Origin: Octopus vulgaris
Taxonomy: Eukaryota
DNA: 64,000 nt
Assembly (NCBI GenBank): GCA_951406725.2
Contig: OX597824.1
Span: 15,872,001 to 15,936,000 of the forward strand
Direction of reading: 5' to 3'
Shown here: positions 40,890 to 55,238 of the stretch, piece by piece
Position numbering within the stretch: the stretch's first letter is position 1
Layout of the letters: every line of letters begins with the position of its first letter
Position numbers and translations under genes: made by a program
Notes under the pieces: generated by a model
Told to the model about the DNA's origin: nothing
The model's database searches: none
The model's input: only the letters and a program-made list of their open reading frames with translations

Positions 40890-41308
40890 ACTCTTTTACT
40901 CTTTTACTTGCTTCAGTCATTTGACTGCGGCCATGCTGGAGCACCGCCTTTAGTCGAGCAATTCGACCCCAGGACGTATTCTTTGTAAGCCTAGTACTTA
41001 TTCTATCGGGTTTTTTTTGCCAAACCGCTGAGTTACGGGAACATAAACACGCCAACGTCAGTTGTCAAGCGATGCTGGTGGGGGGGACACAGACACACAA
41101 ACATACATACACACACATACATATATATATATATACATATATACAACGGGCTTCTTTCCTTTTCCGTCTACCAAATCCACTTACAAGGCTTTGGTCAGCC
41201 TGAGACTATAGTAGACGACACTTGCCCAACGTGCCACGCAGTGGGACTGAACCCAGAACCATGTGGTTGGTCAGCAAGCTACTTACCACACAGCCACTCC
41301 TGCGCCTA
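40890..41308 (-). mobile_element. SINE family A
   Basis: Full-length reverse copy with (AAAAGAGT)n tail. Confidence 0.85.
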
Positions 41309-41602
41309 TGTTTTCTTTTTTACTCAGGCTTCGATCTAAGGGTATTATTATTTGGGGGACGGAAACCGTGTGGAAACATCTCCCCATCCTCTACCAAATG
41401 AATTTGCAGCTGTAATTTAAAGGCTGAGCTTTGTCACGCTGTTTCGTTGAGTATTAAGGGTCTTTCTGTCACGGAATACTCAGCAACTTGTATGATAATT
41501 CAACGAGTAAGTCGTTCAGTTGATTGAAAACTAGATCCTAATCGTCGAACCTGACAGCGATACATTTTACTAAGTACCACAGTGGAGCATTGTTAACAAT
41601 CG

Positions 41603-41992
41603 TGGCACTCCGTCGGTTATAACGACGAGGGTTCCAGTTGATCCGATCAACAGAACAGCCTAAAAGTCTACTCGTGAAATTAACGTGCAAGTGGCTGAGC
41701 ACTCCACAGACACGTGTACCCTCAACGTAGTTCTCGGGGAGATTCAGTGTGACAGAGAATGTGACAAGGCTAGCCCTTTGAAATAGAGGTACAACAGAAA
41801 CAGGAAGAAAGAGTGATAGAAAGTTGCGGTGAAAAAAAAAATACACAGGGTTCGCCACCAACCCCTGCCGAGGCCTTGTGGAGCTTTAAGTCTTTTCGCT
41901 CAATAAACACTCACAACGCCCGGTTTGGGAATCGAAACCGCGATCCTATGGCTGCGAGTCCGCTGCCCTAACCACTGGACCATTGCGCCTTC
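41603..41992 (-). mobile_element. SINE family D, full length
   Basis: tRNA-like head at 41992 and tail ..AACTGGAACCCTCGTCGT.ATAACCGACGGAGTGCCA. A second tail fragment lies at about 42085-42195. Confidence 0.8.
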
Positions 41993-42667
41993 ACCCTGTT
42001 AACAATAACTGAGAACATTACACAAGTAACTAACCGTAAGTTGTTTATACGTAAAGCGTAATCTATCGAGCTGTGAGTACGTAAAGTGGTACTCCGTCGG
42101 TCACGACGATGCGGGTTCCAGTTGATCCAATGTTACACTGGAACAGTTTGCTCTTGAAAGTGGCTGAGTACTCCACAGACAAGCATCCTCTTAACAGGAC
42201 TTACTCGTTGAATTGTCTCTGAATTAATTGAATATGTTTTATTTACTCACAGACTTATCTTTGAGTTCTTAATTCCAACTGGTTGCATTCGTCAACCTTG
42301 GACCTTATTTTTAGATTTAGTCTTTGGACCACGGTCATGCTGGGGCACTGCCTCGAAAAGTTTGTAGTCGAATGAATCGACCCCATACCATTGTTATTTT
42401 TAAAGCTTGGTACTTTTTCTATAGGTTCCTTTTGGCCGAACCGCTAAGTTACAGGGACGTAAACACAACACCAATTGTCAAGCGGACACCAAGATAGAGA
42501 GAAAGAGATAGTGTGTGTGTGTGTGAGAGAGAGAGAGAAAGAGAGAGAGAGAGTGTGTGTGTGAGAGAGAGAGTATGTGTATGTGTATGAGAGAGAAAGT
42601 GAGATAGATAGAAATACAGATAGACAACCAAATATGCATGTGTATTTATTTTAAATGTCTGTTAATA

Positions 42668-42793
<126 letters not shown>

Positions 42794-43065
42794 TATAGAT
42801 ACAACCAGAGTTTTAGTCAGTTAGTATCTGAACTAGACAACCTTATATGTTCCTAAAATTTATATCTACATCTTTATCTGTATATTTACCTTCCCTAAAA
42901 TGTTACTACTGGGTTTGAAAGCTTTTATATTATTGGAAAACCTATATAAATTGGCTGAAGAGTACTCAGCATCTTAAATCTGCTGTAATACTTACAGCTT
43001 TTAATAAAATGTAGTACGAAACAATTGTACCAAATCACCGAAGTCATACTTGTTACTTATTTTTG

Positions 43066-43129
<64 letters not shown>

Positions 43130-43252
43130 GTATTTGTGTATTTGTGTATAAGTACTCGTGTACGTATGTATCAGCTTTTAAATTCTTGTTTCGTTCTATG
43201 TGTTTTCTCTTTATTAAAGCTTATTCTCTCTTTTCTCTATTCTTTCCATCAG

Positions 43253-43856
43253 GTTACAACAACAACAACAGCAACTACAGCAGCATCAAGGACAGCAGGA
43301 CCCTCAAGTAACACACACACACTCGTCATCACACGGTGCTCTCGCTGGCATTGATAGATTGAGAAGATCCCCGAACAGCAGCGAACGATTGGTCAACTTT
43401 CAGACGGACACGAAACGCAAAGACCTTGATCTCTCGTCGCCGACTTCATCAAACTCGCCAATGTCAACCTCCAGTCACATAGACCCACCGTCACCATCCT
43501 GACGTGAGGAGGCCTCAGCGGATATTTTCGTAGCCAACGCTGACACCGCTGACACCATTGAAACGAGTGACGCCGCCACCAACACTGCCGCCGCCGCAGT
43601 CGCTGCCGTCACCAGCTCTATCACGCCGTCGGGCACCCCGCTCGGCTTTCTGAACAAAAGGGCTTTCTATCCTCCAATTCAGTCACTCCCATCCCCTGCT
43701 ATAGGTGTCACCGCCGCTACGATGCCTGCTGAGGCAAAAATGCAAGAAGTTGTGAGCCACGGTTACGAGGTTGATAATAACGCGCTCATGTTACGCTGTT
43801 ATTACTCGGCTCTTAGTATGACACATGGTTTTATGTATCGGAATTTCACTCCTTGA
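43253..43856 (+). CDS. Candidate host exon: Gln/Ser-rich then Ala/Thr-rich low-complexity peptide, with an in-frame TGA at 43500-43502
   Basis: A long polypyrimidine tract and CAG acceptor (AG 43251-52) precede unique GC-rich sequence. The frame reads LQQQQQQLQQHQGQQDPQ..SSHIDPPSPS*REEASADIF..MPAEAKMQEVV..FTP*, with AATAAA at 43857-43862. The gene is not recognisable. Confidence 0.5.
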
Positions 43857-44120
43857 AATAAATGAATAGCAAAGTAAAAAATGTGGGGAAACAAACAATG
43901 AGTCAATTAACCATCAGAATAGCCGATGACTATGATGATGATGGTGGTGATGTTGATGACGACGACGACGACGACGATGACGATGATAATGAAAATAACA
44001 ACAACAATGATAATAACAAAATAAGTAAACAAAAATATAGTAAACAAATATATATATATATATATATACACATATATTATTAAGGTGGCTATTCGTAATT
44101 TACAATCGAAAAGGCAACAA

Positions 44121-44222
<102 letters not shown>

Positions 44223-44246
44223 GTATATATATATGTATATATATAG

Positions 44247-44289
<43 letters not shown>

Positions 44290-44792
44290 CACATACATGC
44301 AAGGTTAAAGACAATCAAACAATGAAATGAAAAGAAGGGTTTATGTTTAAGAGAGAAAAATAAAAGAAAGTTGAAGGAAGAAAAACTAAAAATAATTTAA
44401 ATAAATATAAATAACTATAAACTATTTTACAAGCAAATAAACCAAAATAATTGATTCTAATTTAGGCAGAAAGCCACCAGTTTTGAAGGTCGGGAGTCAG
44501 TCAATACCACTGATTCCAGTATTTGACTAGTTCTTCCCTTTATCGACTCCCTAGAAGGGTGAAAGGCATGGTTGACCCTCGGAGGGATTTGAACTTCGAA
44601 CGTAAAGGGCCGAACGAAATATTGCAAAGTATTTTTTTTTCTGACGTTCTTAAAAATTTTGTCAACTCATTAAAAAAAAAAATTACATGAATATTATTTC
44701 GGTAGAAATGAATCAGGGCTGGACCAATAAATTAAATTACCGAGGTGCATGAATGCATACATACCTTAATAAACAGACAGACAGACAGACAG

Positions 44793-44830
<38 letters not shown>

Positions 44831-45862
44831 GCACACACACATACATATACAGCCATAGATATATAAATACGTACTTTCATGCATTAGCATACACAAATAC
44901 CTACACACACATACACATACATATACACTAAGGAAACGTGATTTTGCATATTTTGTAAAAATAACTAGCTCACGTTTATACTATAATACCTTTTCTGACA
45001 CTATTATTGAGGGACCAGCTTTATACAGTGGAAAACAGCGATGTCCTCTTTATACTAAAGGTTCTACTTCTTAACCAAAAGTGGAGGGGCGAAGTTTGAA
45101 GATAAATTCCATAAGATTTAATTGCAAATATTTCACTTAGCAAACGAGAATGAGTGATTATCTGGAAAATATTTAAACTGTCACTTGTTTCAGGACGCCA
45201 ACTACATCGCCAATTTGAATAACGGTCATGATACCAGAATATTTAGCCCTTCATGGTCATAAAACTATAATGTTCTGGACAAACATTGCCCTTCCTCCAA
45301 CCCATCAAAAGGAAACAAAAAAAGAAAAAAAAAGGAGGGCTATATAAAAAAAAAAGTATTATTAGCCAAAGAAAATATTCAAAAATAAATTTGTACACAT
45401 ATAATAATGTAGGAGCTCATGTATTTTAATATAGTGGGCAGAAAAAAACTTCAATGAAATGAGATAACCCATGCAATTAGTCGGCCAAAACTCCCACAAT
45501 GTATGTTTAAAAAATATGTGAGAACGACAAGCAAGGGAGATAACTTTAAATAACGTCTGTCGATTGAAATATAATTCGGAAAATATAGAGACAATGCATA
45601 TGAGACATTATCGCCATGAATATTTATTCTCGCAATAAATATTTGTTGACGCAATAAATTAAAATGTGTGTATTTGTGATGTTCATTAATTTCTCAGAAG
45701 TATTTACGACGAACACGATGCTAATTAACAGTTTCAAGGTAATCCTTGAACTCAGAATCACAGCATCCGTCACCAATGTTCTGTCAATATAATACAATTC
45801 TACATAAGTTTCAATACCGTGAAAATGTAACTGGAAGAATAAATTACGAGCTGTGAAGTTCA

Positions 45863-45932
<70 letters not shown>

Positions 45933-45994
45933 TATTATTATTATTATTATTATCATTATTATTATTATTATTATTATCATTATTATTATTATTA

Positions 45995-46062
<68 letters not shown>

Positions 46063-46181
46063 GTTATTATTATTATTATTTTTATTTTTATTTCCTTCTT
46101 TCTTCAAATTTTCTTCCGTTTCTCGGCGATTGTTTTCCGTACACCAAGGGCAGATTCTTCTTCTTCTTCTTCTTCTTCTTC

Positions 46182-46213
<32 letters not shown>

Positions 46214-46873
46214 CTTCTTCTTCTTCTTCTTCTTCTTCTTCTTCTTTCATATTTTCATTTCTTTAGGTATGTGTTCTTCGTCGTAAAGGCACTCTTACAG
46301 TCGGGTGAAACTACATAGTGTAATACAAGACACCGGGGTTTGGGTACCTGTGCGCAATGTTTCGGCTTGCGAGAAATAGCAGTCAAATATCCCTCACATC
46401 CCATACTACTGTCTAAAATTTAAAATCAATAACAAAATGGACAGCAGCAATTTGATTATATTTTGTTCCTAATTTCAAATACAAAGCTAGCAATTTTGAG
46501 CGTTAGGGGAACTCGGTTACACCGACCTCGGTGCTCAGCTGAGGCTTATTTTATTGACTACGAAGGATGAAAGATACCTCGATGGTGTCTGAATTCAGAA
46601 AGCAAAGAACCGGAAGAAGTGACACAACGGAATTGTCCGGCGTGGTAACATTTCCGTCAGCTAACAACCTTCAGCAATTTAATGATATACTGTCACATAT
46701 ACAGGCGCAGGCGTGGCTGTATGGTAAGAAGACCACATGGCACCGGGTTCAGTACCAATGCGTGGCACCTTGTGCAAGCGTCTTCTACTACAGTCTCGGG
46801 CCGACCGAAGCCCCGAAGTTTTGAGTGGATTTGGTAGGCATATATTTACTGATGTCTTTAATCTGTGGACACC

Positions 46874-46910
<37 letters not shown>

Positions 46911-46967
46911 TAGTGATATCTGTAATATACTTATCTATCTATCTATCAATCAATCTATCTATCTATA

Positions 46968-47093
<126 letters not shown>

Positions 47094-47210
47094 ACGATCT
47101 ATGACGAAAAAATTATAAGCAAGATATGGTGTATAATTTTTTGTGCAGGGGTTCCCTGAGACATGTAATTTATTTTAAGGGTTATGCAAATGTAAAAAGA
47201 TTGAGAAATA

Positions 47211-47241
<31 letters not shown>

Positions 47242-47573
47242 GGATAAATTTATGCTTATGTGGCTTTGTGTCTGTGTTTGCCCCCTCCTTCCACCATCAC
47301 TAGACAACCGATGTCGGTGTGTTTACGTCCCTGTAACTTAGCGGTTCGGCGAAAGTGACCGATAGAATAAGTACCGGGCTTACAGAAAATAAGTCCTGGG
47401 GTCACTTACTTCGACTAAAAACCCATCAAGGCGGTGCTCCAGCATGACCGCATTCGAATGACCGAGACAATTAAAAAAGATAAAAGAATATTATACTTGA
47501 AAAAGAGACGGAGATGTTCATGGATGGAATTACAGCACCTACGACATATGAATGCAATAATGATTTCCATATA

Positions 47574-48131
47574 TTGGGCTGTCCGGAAAGTTCGTGCCGA
47601 TTTATAGTAGCTTACCTTTCGACTTATTTTAGAACATGGTTGAGTCCATAAAATAGGATTTGACTACACTTCCATTTAAGGCACGGCTTAAGCTATCTTT
47701 TCCTGGAAGAAGGTTTATGTTCCTATAACCTGTGTTAATTCTGTAACCCTTGAAAATGGAAGATAAGAAAGTTCATTTCCGGCACTTGATGATTTGGGAA
47801 CCAGACAAAAATTGCTGCAGCTCGGCTGGGATGTGTTACCCCACTCTCCATATTCACCAGATATTGCTCCTTCGGATTTCCACTTATTCAGGTCTCTGCA
47901 GAATAGTCTTAATGGTAAAAATTTCAATTCCTTGAATGACGTAAAAAGATACCTTGATGAATTCTTTGCCACCTCAATTCTGGGAAGAGGGTATTTTCAA
48001 GTTAAAGGAAAGATGGAGACGCACTGTGCGACAAAATGGTACATATTTGGTTGATTAAAAATGTAATGGCAAGTATTTATTGACCTTTTTCTTTCTTTTA
48101 GAAATTGGCACGAACTTTCCGGACAACCCTG
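47574..48131 (+). mobile_element. Internally deleted mariner (mellifera-like)
   Basis: ~30-bp TIRs (TTGGGCTGTCCGGAAAGTTCGTGCCGATTT / AAATTGGCACGAACTTTCCGGACAACCCTG) with TA on both sides. The N-terminus MEDKKVHFRHLM is fused to the C-terminus GWDVLPHSPYSPDIAPSDFHLF. Confidence 0.92.
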
Positions 48132-48416
48132 TAGCATGTTATATTATATTGGAGGAATCTTAATACAACTAAAAAAAAATCAACAACAACAAATATAACA
48201 AGCAGCAGCTGCAACACCACCAGCGACACCTCAATCTATAACACTAATACCCCCACTACTACCAAAACCACCACTGCCACTACTACCACCACCACAACTG
48301 CTAACACCTTGTTAACGTAAATTATATTTATATGGTGAACTACGATTTACAACTCAAAGCGAAATGAATACACACACACGCATACACACACACACACACA
48401 CACACACGTGTGAGTG

Positions 48417-48449
<33 letters not shown>

Positions 48450-48702
48450 ATGTGTGTGTGTTGCGTGAGTGTGTGTGAGTGTGTGTATGTATGTAAGAGA
48501 TGTGTGAGGCGAAGGTTTATCGCGAGGTGAAGCGATGAGACGTATCTATCAATGCTTCAATCCGTGAAATGGAAGACAATGGCGGAAATAATTGTGGTAG
48601 TGGTGGTGATGATGATGATGATGATCATGAAGGAGAATCCAAAACTCAAAGTCACAAAGAGGTATGGTGTGTGTGTATATATGTATATGTATGAATACAC
48701 AC

Positions 48703-48789
<87 letters not shown>

Positions 48790-48793
48790 TATA

Positions 48794-48849
<56 letters not shown>

Positions 48850-48896
48850 CATATGTATGTATTCATGCATATACATATATACACACACGCCATATG

Positions 48897-48982
<86 letters not shown>

Positions 48983-49099
48983 CATATATATATATATATA
49001 TATTAGTGCGTAAGATATTTGAAGACAGATTTATGTTTAGAAAAAACAGATATGTAATGACAAGCAATAAATATATTTATCAAAAAATGCTATGAGGAT

Positions 49100-49945
49100 A
49101 AAAAATAAACCTTCTTTTCTATAATGTTATTCAATAAAGCCACATTCAGCTTCAGCAACTGCTTCTATATGAGATCTAAATCATCTACATGCTCGAATCA
49201 TGTGGTCCTGGTTCATTTTGGACGTTACTCTGACTATGGCAGCTTTCAAAGAATCTTTGGTATTATGTGCGTGTCCATTGACCTCTCTCAACAACGCTCT
49301 ACAATTAATAGTCCAATGAATTGAGATTTGGAGAATTAGGAGGCCAAATGTTAGGGGTTATGTGATCATGAAAACTTTCAGCCATCCATTCCTGTGTTAC
49401 TAGAGCCATGTGTGATAATGCAAAGTCTTACTGAAACACAAATGACCTTCCATTGCATACACTGTCTTTTCAGGGCTTAATTATTTTCAGGATCTCAATG
49501 TAGGCGGAAAATTTGGCCCTAAGGCCTTGCGGAAATAAGTAAGGAGGCATCACATATTCTTCATTGCTGACAACCCCTAAAACTATGACAGTTGCAGCAA
49601 ATTTCATATGCATAATACTTGGAACTTCAGAAGGGTTGCACATAACCCTCTGTTGTTTCTTCTGTTAACTTTTTGCTCTTGGTCGAAGTTTTTTCCAGTT
49701 CGAGAAAAAACAATTCAAATCTTCTCCTGCTGGATTTTTCAGTTTGTTTAAGAAACTTTAAAATCTGATGTGGTAATTTTCTTTTACTTTTTCTAACAAA
49801 TTGACCTTTCCTCATCATATATAAGACTTATATCTGATGCCCTCGTGGGCAACATTTCTGACTGTTCCTTCTGACACATGGAGATCTTTTGCAATTGACC
49901 TCGTGGACTTTCTGTGATTGTAATCAATGGTCTGTTGATTACAAA
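49100..49945 (-). pseudogene. Tc1/mariner superfamily DD37D (maT-type) transposase relic
   Basis: VFQ*DFALSH..TQEWM..WPPNSPNLNSLDY, with 37 residues between the second and third catalytic D. Upstream is the HTH remnant AKDLHVSEGTVRN. Confidence 0.8.
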
Positions 49946-50069
49946 GAAAGGAAAGTCGACCTCGGCGGAATTTGAACTCAGAACATAAAGACAGACGAAA
50001 TGCCGCTCAGCATTTCGCCCGGCGTGCTAACAACTCCGCCAACTCGCCGCCTTAATGTTGCTGCTGCTG

Positions 50070-50150
<81 letters not shown>

Positions 50151-50153
<3 letters not shown>

Positions 50154-50315
50154 TACAGAAAATTGCACTACTAGGCACTGCAAGGTCACATCCTACGCAG
50201 AACACTTTCCATACAATAACCATCAGAGCATCACAACAAATCACAGCACATACCCAAGGCACACAGAGCTGCGCTCGGTAGTGAAGTGAAAGCACGCTAT
50301 AAAAATAAAACTGCA

Positions 50316-50318
<3 letters not shown>
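50151..50318 (+). mobile_element. R4/Dong-like 3' end, second copy inside (TAA)n
   Basis: Homologous to 24250-24411, with (AAT)n on both sides. Confidence 0.8.
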
Positions 50319-50384
<66 letters not shown>

Positions 50385-51240
50385 CAATTATGTCTCTTGT
50401 TTTTTTCTTCAGCTCTACTGAGCAAAATTGGGAAATTTTCTTCAATCAAATTTTCCGCCATTGTACTAAAATATACAAGAAATCGATAACTATTTTCCTG
50501 TTATTACATATTTGCTGAGCATGAAATGTGAAATGTGAACTATGAAATGTGAGCTGATGTGCTATGTGAAATATAATACAGAAGTAAATTCAAGCTGTTT
50601 CTAATATTAGTTTCAAATTTTGGCACAAGTCCAGCAGGTTCGTGGGTTGGGGTTAAGTCAATTACATCGACCCCAGCACTTATTTTAATCGACACCTAAA
50701 GGATGAAAGGTAAGGTCGTCTACGGTGGAATTTGAACTCAAAACGTAAAGATGGATGAAGCTGTTCCTAATATTATGAACGTATGGCTGTGTGGTAAGTA
50801 GCTTGCTTACCAACCACATGGTTCTGGGTTCAGTCCCACTGTGTGGCACCTTGGGCAAGTGTCTTCTACTATAGCCTCGGGCTGACCAAAGCCTTGTGAG
50901 TAGATTTGGTAGACGGAAACTGAAAAAAGCCCGTCGTATATATGTATATATATATGTGTATGTGCGTGTATGTTTGTGTGTCTGTGTTTGTCCCCCAACA
51001 TTGCTTGACAATCAATGCTGGTGCGTTTACGTCCCCGTAACTTAGCGGCTCGGCAAAAGAGACCGATAGAATAAGTTCTGGGGTCGATTTGCTCGACTAA
51101 AGGCGGTGCTCCAGGAGGTGGGAGTTTGATTGAATCGAAACGTTTATTTTACAGGTATTTCTTCGGCTACGGAAATGAAGAGCAAAGTTAATTCCGTAGG
51201 GTTTAAACTCAAACTATAAGAAATCTAACACAGGGATGAG

Positions 51241-52132
51241 TTTAATCCGGCACTGTCATCTAATCCGGCATTGTAATCTAATCCGGCACTGTCATCTAAT
51301 CTGACACTGCCATCTAATCAGGTACTGTCATCTAATCCGGCATTGTCATATATTCCGGCACTGTCATCTAATCAGGCACAGTCATCTAATCTGACACTGC
51401 CATCTAATCCGGCACTGTCATCTAATGTGGAACTATCATCTAATCCGGCACTGTCATCTAATCCAGCATTGTCATCTAATTCGGCACGGTCATTTAATTC
51501 GGTGCAGTTATCAAATGTGACACTGTTATCTAATCCGGTACAGTCATCTAATCCGGCATTGTTATATATTCCGGCACTGTCATTGTCATCAAATGAGGCA
51601 CTGTCGGCTAATCAGTTACTATCATCTCATCCAGCACGGTCATGTAATCCGACACTGTCATCTAATTCGGTACTGTCAACTAATCCGGCACTCTCATCTA
51701 ATCTGGTGCTGTTATCAAATCCGACACTGTCATCTAATCCGGTACAGTTATCTAATCCGGCACTCACATCTAATCCGGTGCAGTTATCAAATCCGACACT
51801 GTCATCTAATCCGGTACTGTTATATAATCCGGCACTCTCATCTAATCCGGTGCAGTTATCAAATCCGACACTGTCATCTAATCCGGTGCTGTTATCTAAT
51901 CCATCACTGTTATCTAATCCGAAACTCTCATCAAATCCGGTACTGTTATATAATCCGGCATTGTCATTTAATCGGGTACTGTCATCTAATCCGGCATTGT
52001 CATCTAATTCGGTACTGTTATCAAATCCGAGGCTATCATCTAATCCAGCATTGTCATCAAATCCGACACTCTCATTTAATCCGGCATTGTTATCTAATCC
52101 GGCACTGTCATTTAATCCGGTACTGTCATCTA
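51241..52132. repeat. 18-bp minisatellite (TCTAATCCGGCACTGTCA), about 50 units
   Basis: Read directly. It explains the SNPALS-repeat ORFs at 51343, 51593 and 51627. Confidence 0.93.
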
Positions 52133-52517
52133 ACAGGGTTAAATAACGCCAACAACAACAACGACACATAAAAACGTAGAAATTGAAAGCGAAATGTTTT
52201 TGTTCTTTGTCGACTTGGTAGGTCTTTGTTACATATCTTGGAAGAGAGTAAGTAACGTGAGGAATTGCAGAGATGGTGAGATTTGATAGGTTTAATTGTA
52301 AAGAAATAAAAAGGAAACGGTTGGAATCACAGACAGCATCGGTTGTTTTGTTTTTAAATCAACCACTTTCCACCATCCACCAGCATTTAGTTAGTAGTCA
52401 GTCACTAACCATCACTCATCACTCATCAGACATTTATCAACACGTGTTTGATTCTTGTTTCGATATCCAATTAAACTGCCAAGAATCTAATTACTGTTAA
52501 AGACATACACCCGCATG

Positions 52518-52606
<89 letters not shown>

Positions 52607-52813
52607 ATACGCATAAACGCACATATACACAGAGACGAACACAGAAACATTGATATACATGCATACACACACACACACACACACACACCATCCAATGTCG
52701 CTAAACTAGATTACTTCAATAGACAAAGAAAGAAAAAATTGCCATATTCCTTCTCTCTCTCCACACACACGTACAAACACTCACAAACATACATACATAT
52801 ATATATATATATC

Positions 52814-52917
<104 letters not shown>

Positions 52918-52991
52918 TTATGTATATATTTATATATATATATGCATACATATATATATGCATATATATATATATGTATATGTATATATAA

Positions 52992-53037
<46 letters not shown>

Positions 53038-53858
53038 ACGTACACATATATATATATATATGTATACGTACACATACACACGCAAACACACATACGCGTG
53101 CAGACACACATATATATATAAATATATATGTATGTGTGTATGTGTGTGTACGTGTATATCCATATATGTATAGATATACAACATGCCTCTCTTTCTACTC
53201 GATGCGTGTGTATGTGTGTTTGTGTGTGTTTGTGTGTATTTGTGTGTATGTTTGTGTGCGCGTGTGTGTGTGTGTGTGTATACGTGTCCATAAGATGTTC
53301 TCTGGACACATTTGCCTCATCAACGTCGGCTGGTATCATATTCCGATGCTTTTAATCCAAAACGATAAAATTACTGTCAAAACCCCCCCCCCAAAAAAAT
53401 AATAAAAATGGCGACTTGGCGATACGACGTTCCATCCTACTTCTCACCGTTCTGTACGTAGTGATACCCCGTATACCCTGTATACCACCATACTACAATC
53501 TCTACAGCGGCTGTCATTGTTCAAATCTTCTAGATTAAATCAGTGTCCTTTTACGGATTACAAATTTGTCTAAAATGTCGGAAAGTTATTCTTCCTTTAT
53601 GCTTTTCTTTTATTATGTTTGTTGGTCTAATTTCACCCACACTTTACACTTGCGATATTTGGACCATGTTAAGGCAGAAACGTTAGAACGCCGAGTAAAA
53701 AGCTTAGTAGCATTTCGTCCGTCTTTACATTCTGAGTTCAAATTCCGCCGAATTTTGACTTCGCCTTTCATCCAATTAGGGTTTATGTCACTGTTTACAA
53801 TTTTGTATCAATTGTTTTCAAATTTGATGTATGGATTAAGTTTTGCATACTAATTATA

Positions 53859-54037
53859 GGTGTAGGAATGGGTGTGTGGTAAGTAGCTTGCTTACGAACC
53901 ACATGGTTTCGGGTTCAGTCCCACTGCGTAGCACCTTCGGCAAGTGTCTTCTACTACAGCCTCGGGCCGACCAAAGCCTTGTGAGTGGATTTGGTAGACG
54001 GAAACTGAAAGAAACCCGTCGTATATATGCATGTATG

Positions 54038-54086
<49 letters not shown>

Positions 54087-54290
54087 TTGTGTGTCTGTGT
54101 TTGTCACCCAACATCACTTGACAAGTGATGCTCACGTGTTTTGGGTCCCCGTAACTTACCAGTTCGACAAAGAAAACCCCGATAGAATAAGTACTAAGCT
54201 TACAAAGAATAAGTCCTAGGGTCGATTTTCTCGACTAAAGGCGGTGCTTCAGCATGGCCGCAGTCAAATGACTGAAACAAGTAAAAGAGA
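53859..54290 (+). mobile_element. SINE family A
   Basis: Full-length copy. Similar copies lie at 50784-51113 and 58937-59348. Confidence 0.85.
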
Positions 54291-55238
54291 AACAAATGAA
54301 TAACAAATTCAGAATCAGGGTCAAAAAGGTTAAAGATAATTGTAAACTTTGACGAAAAGCACGAAGATCATCGACCTGCTCTCCGCCCTCGACAGTGCTG
54401 GCCTTGTGCTAAAATTTGAAATAAATATTTGGACCGTGTTAAGGCGGATAAATGGTAGAAACATTAGCACGCCGGTCAAAATGCTTGGTGGCATTTCTGA
54501 GTTTAAATTCCGACGAGGTCGATTTTGCATTTTTATCTTTTCGGGCGTCGATAAAGAAACAGCCAGTTGAACAATGGGTGGTCGATGAAATCGATTTGGT
54601 CCTTCTCTTCCTCGAAATTGCTGGCCTTGTGCTAAAATTTGAAGCCAATATCCAAACAATGCCAAATTTCTGGAGTAAGAAAAAAAGGGATAGGAAAAGA
54701 GGATAGAAGAAGGAAAGAACTTTGGTAAATTTCTATATTAGCACCCGCATGATTTTCACTAAGAAAAAAAAGCTCAGATTTTTTTGTGGAACCAAGTACC
54801 CTGACCTCCTAATATGCTGCAAATCCCTCATTTTGGTTCGGCAGAAGGAATCATTGGAATCTTTTTTTTTTTTTCATTCATTAGGTACTGTGACCTAATA
54901 CGCTACAAAACCCTTTTGGGGTTCCGAAAAACGGGGTTCATCCTTAGGTTTATATTTTTTCGAATCTAGGAACAAGGCCCAAAACTTTGGGGGAGGGATC
55001 ATTCAATTAGACCGACGACCCCAGTACGTAACTGGTATTTAATTTATCAACCCCGAAAGGAAAATTCGACCTCGGCGGAACTCAACGTAAAGACAGACGA
55101 AAGACCGTTTCTCCAGACAGTGAAATACGTTTCTCCCAGCCCTTCGTGTTAATGTTTCTCCCAGCTCGTCGCCTTCCTTAGACGTCAGTTAGTCAATGAT
55201 ATTACCGTAGCTCTGCACGGCTTACACAGAGCGATATA

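Noticed and set aside
43500-43502. Selenocysteine codon
   Set aside because: No redox motif around the UGA and no SECIS recognised downstream by eye.
43497-43533. TCC-TGA resembling the ornithine decarboxylase antizyme +1 frameshift site
   Set aside because: The +1 frame stops after 10 codons (DVRRPQRIFS*) and there is no antizyme similarity.
51241-52132. CRISPR-like array
   Set aside because: Contiguous 18-mers with no spacers, in a eukaryotic context with no cas genes.
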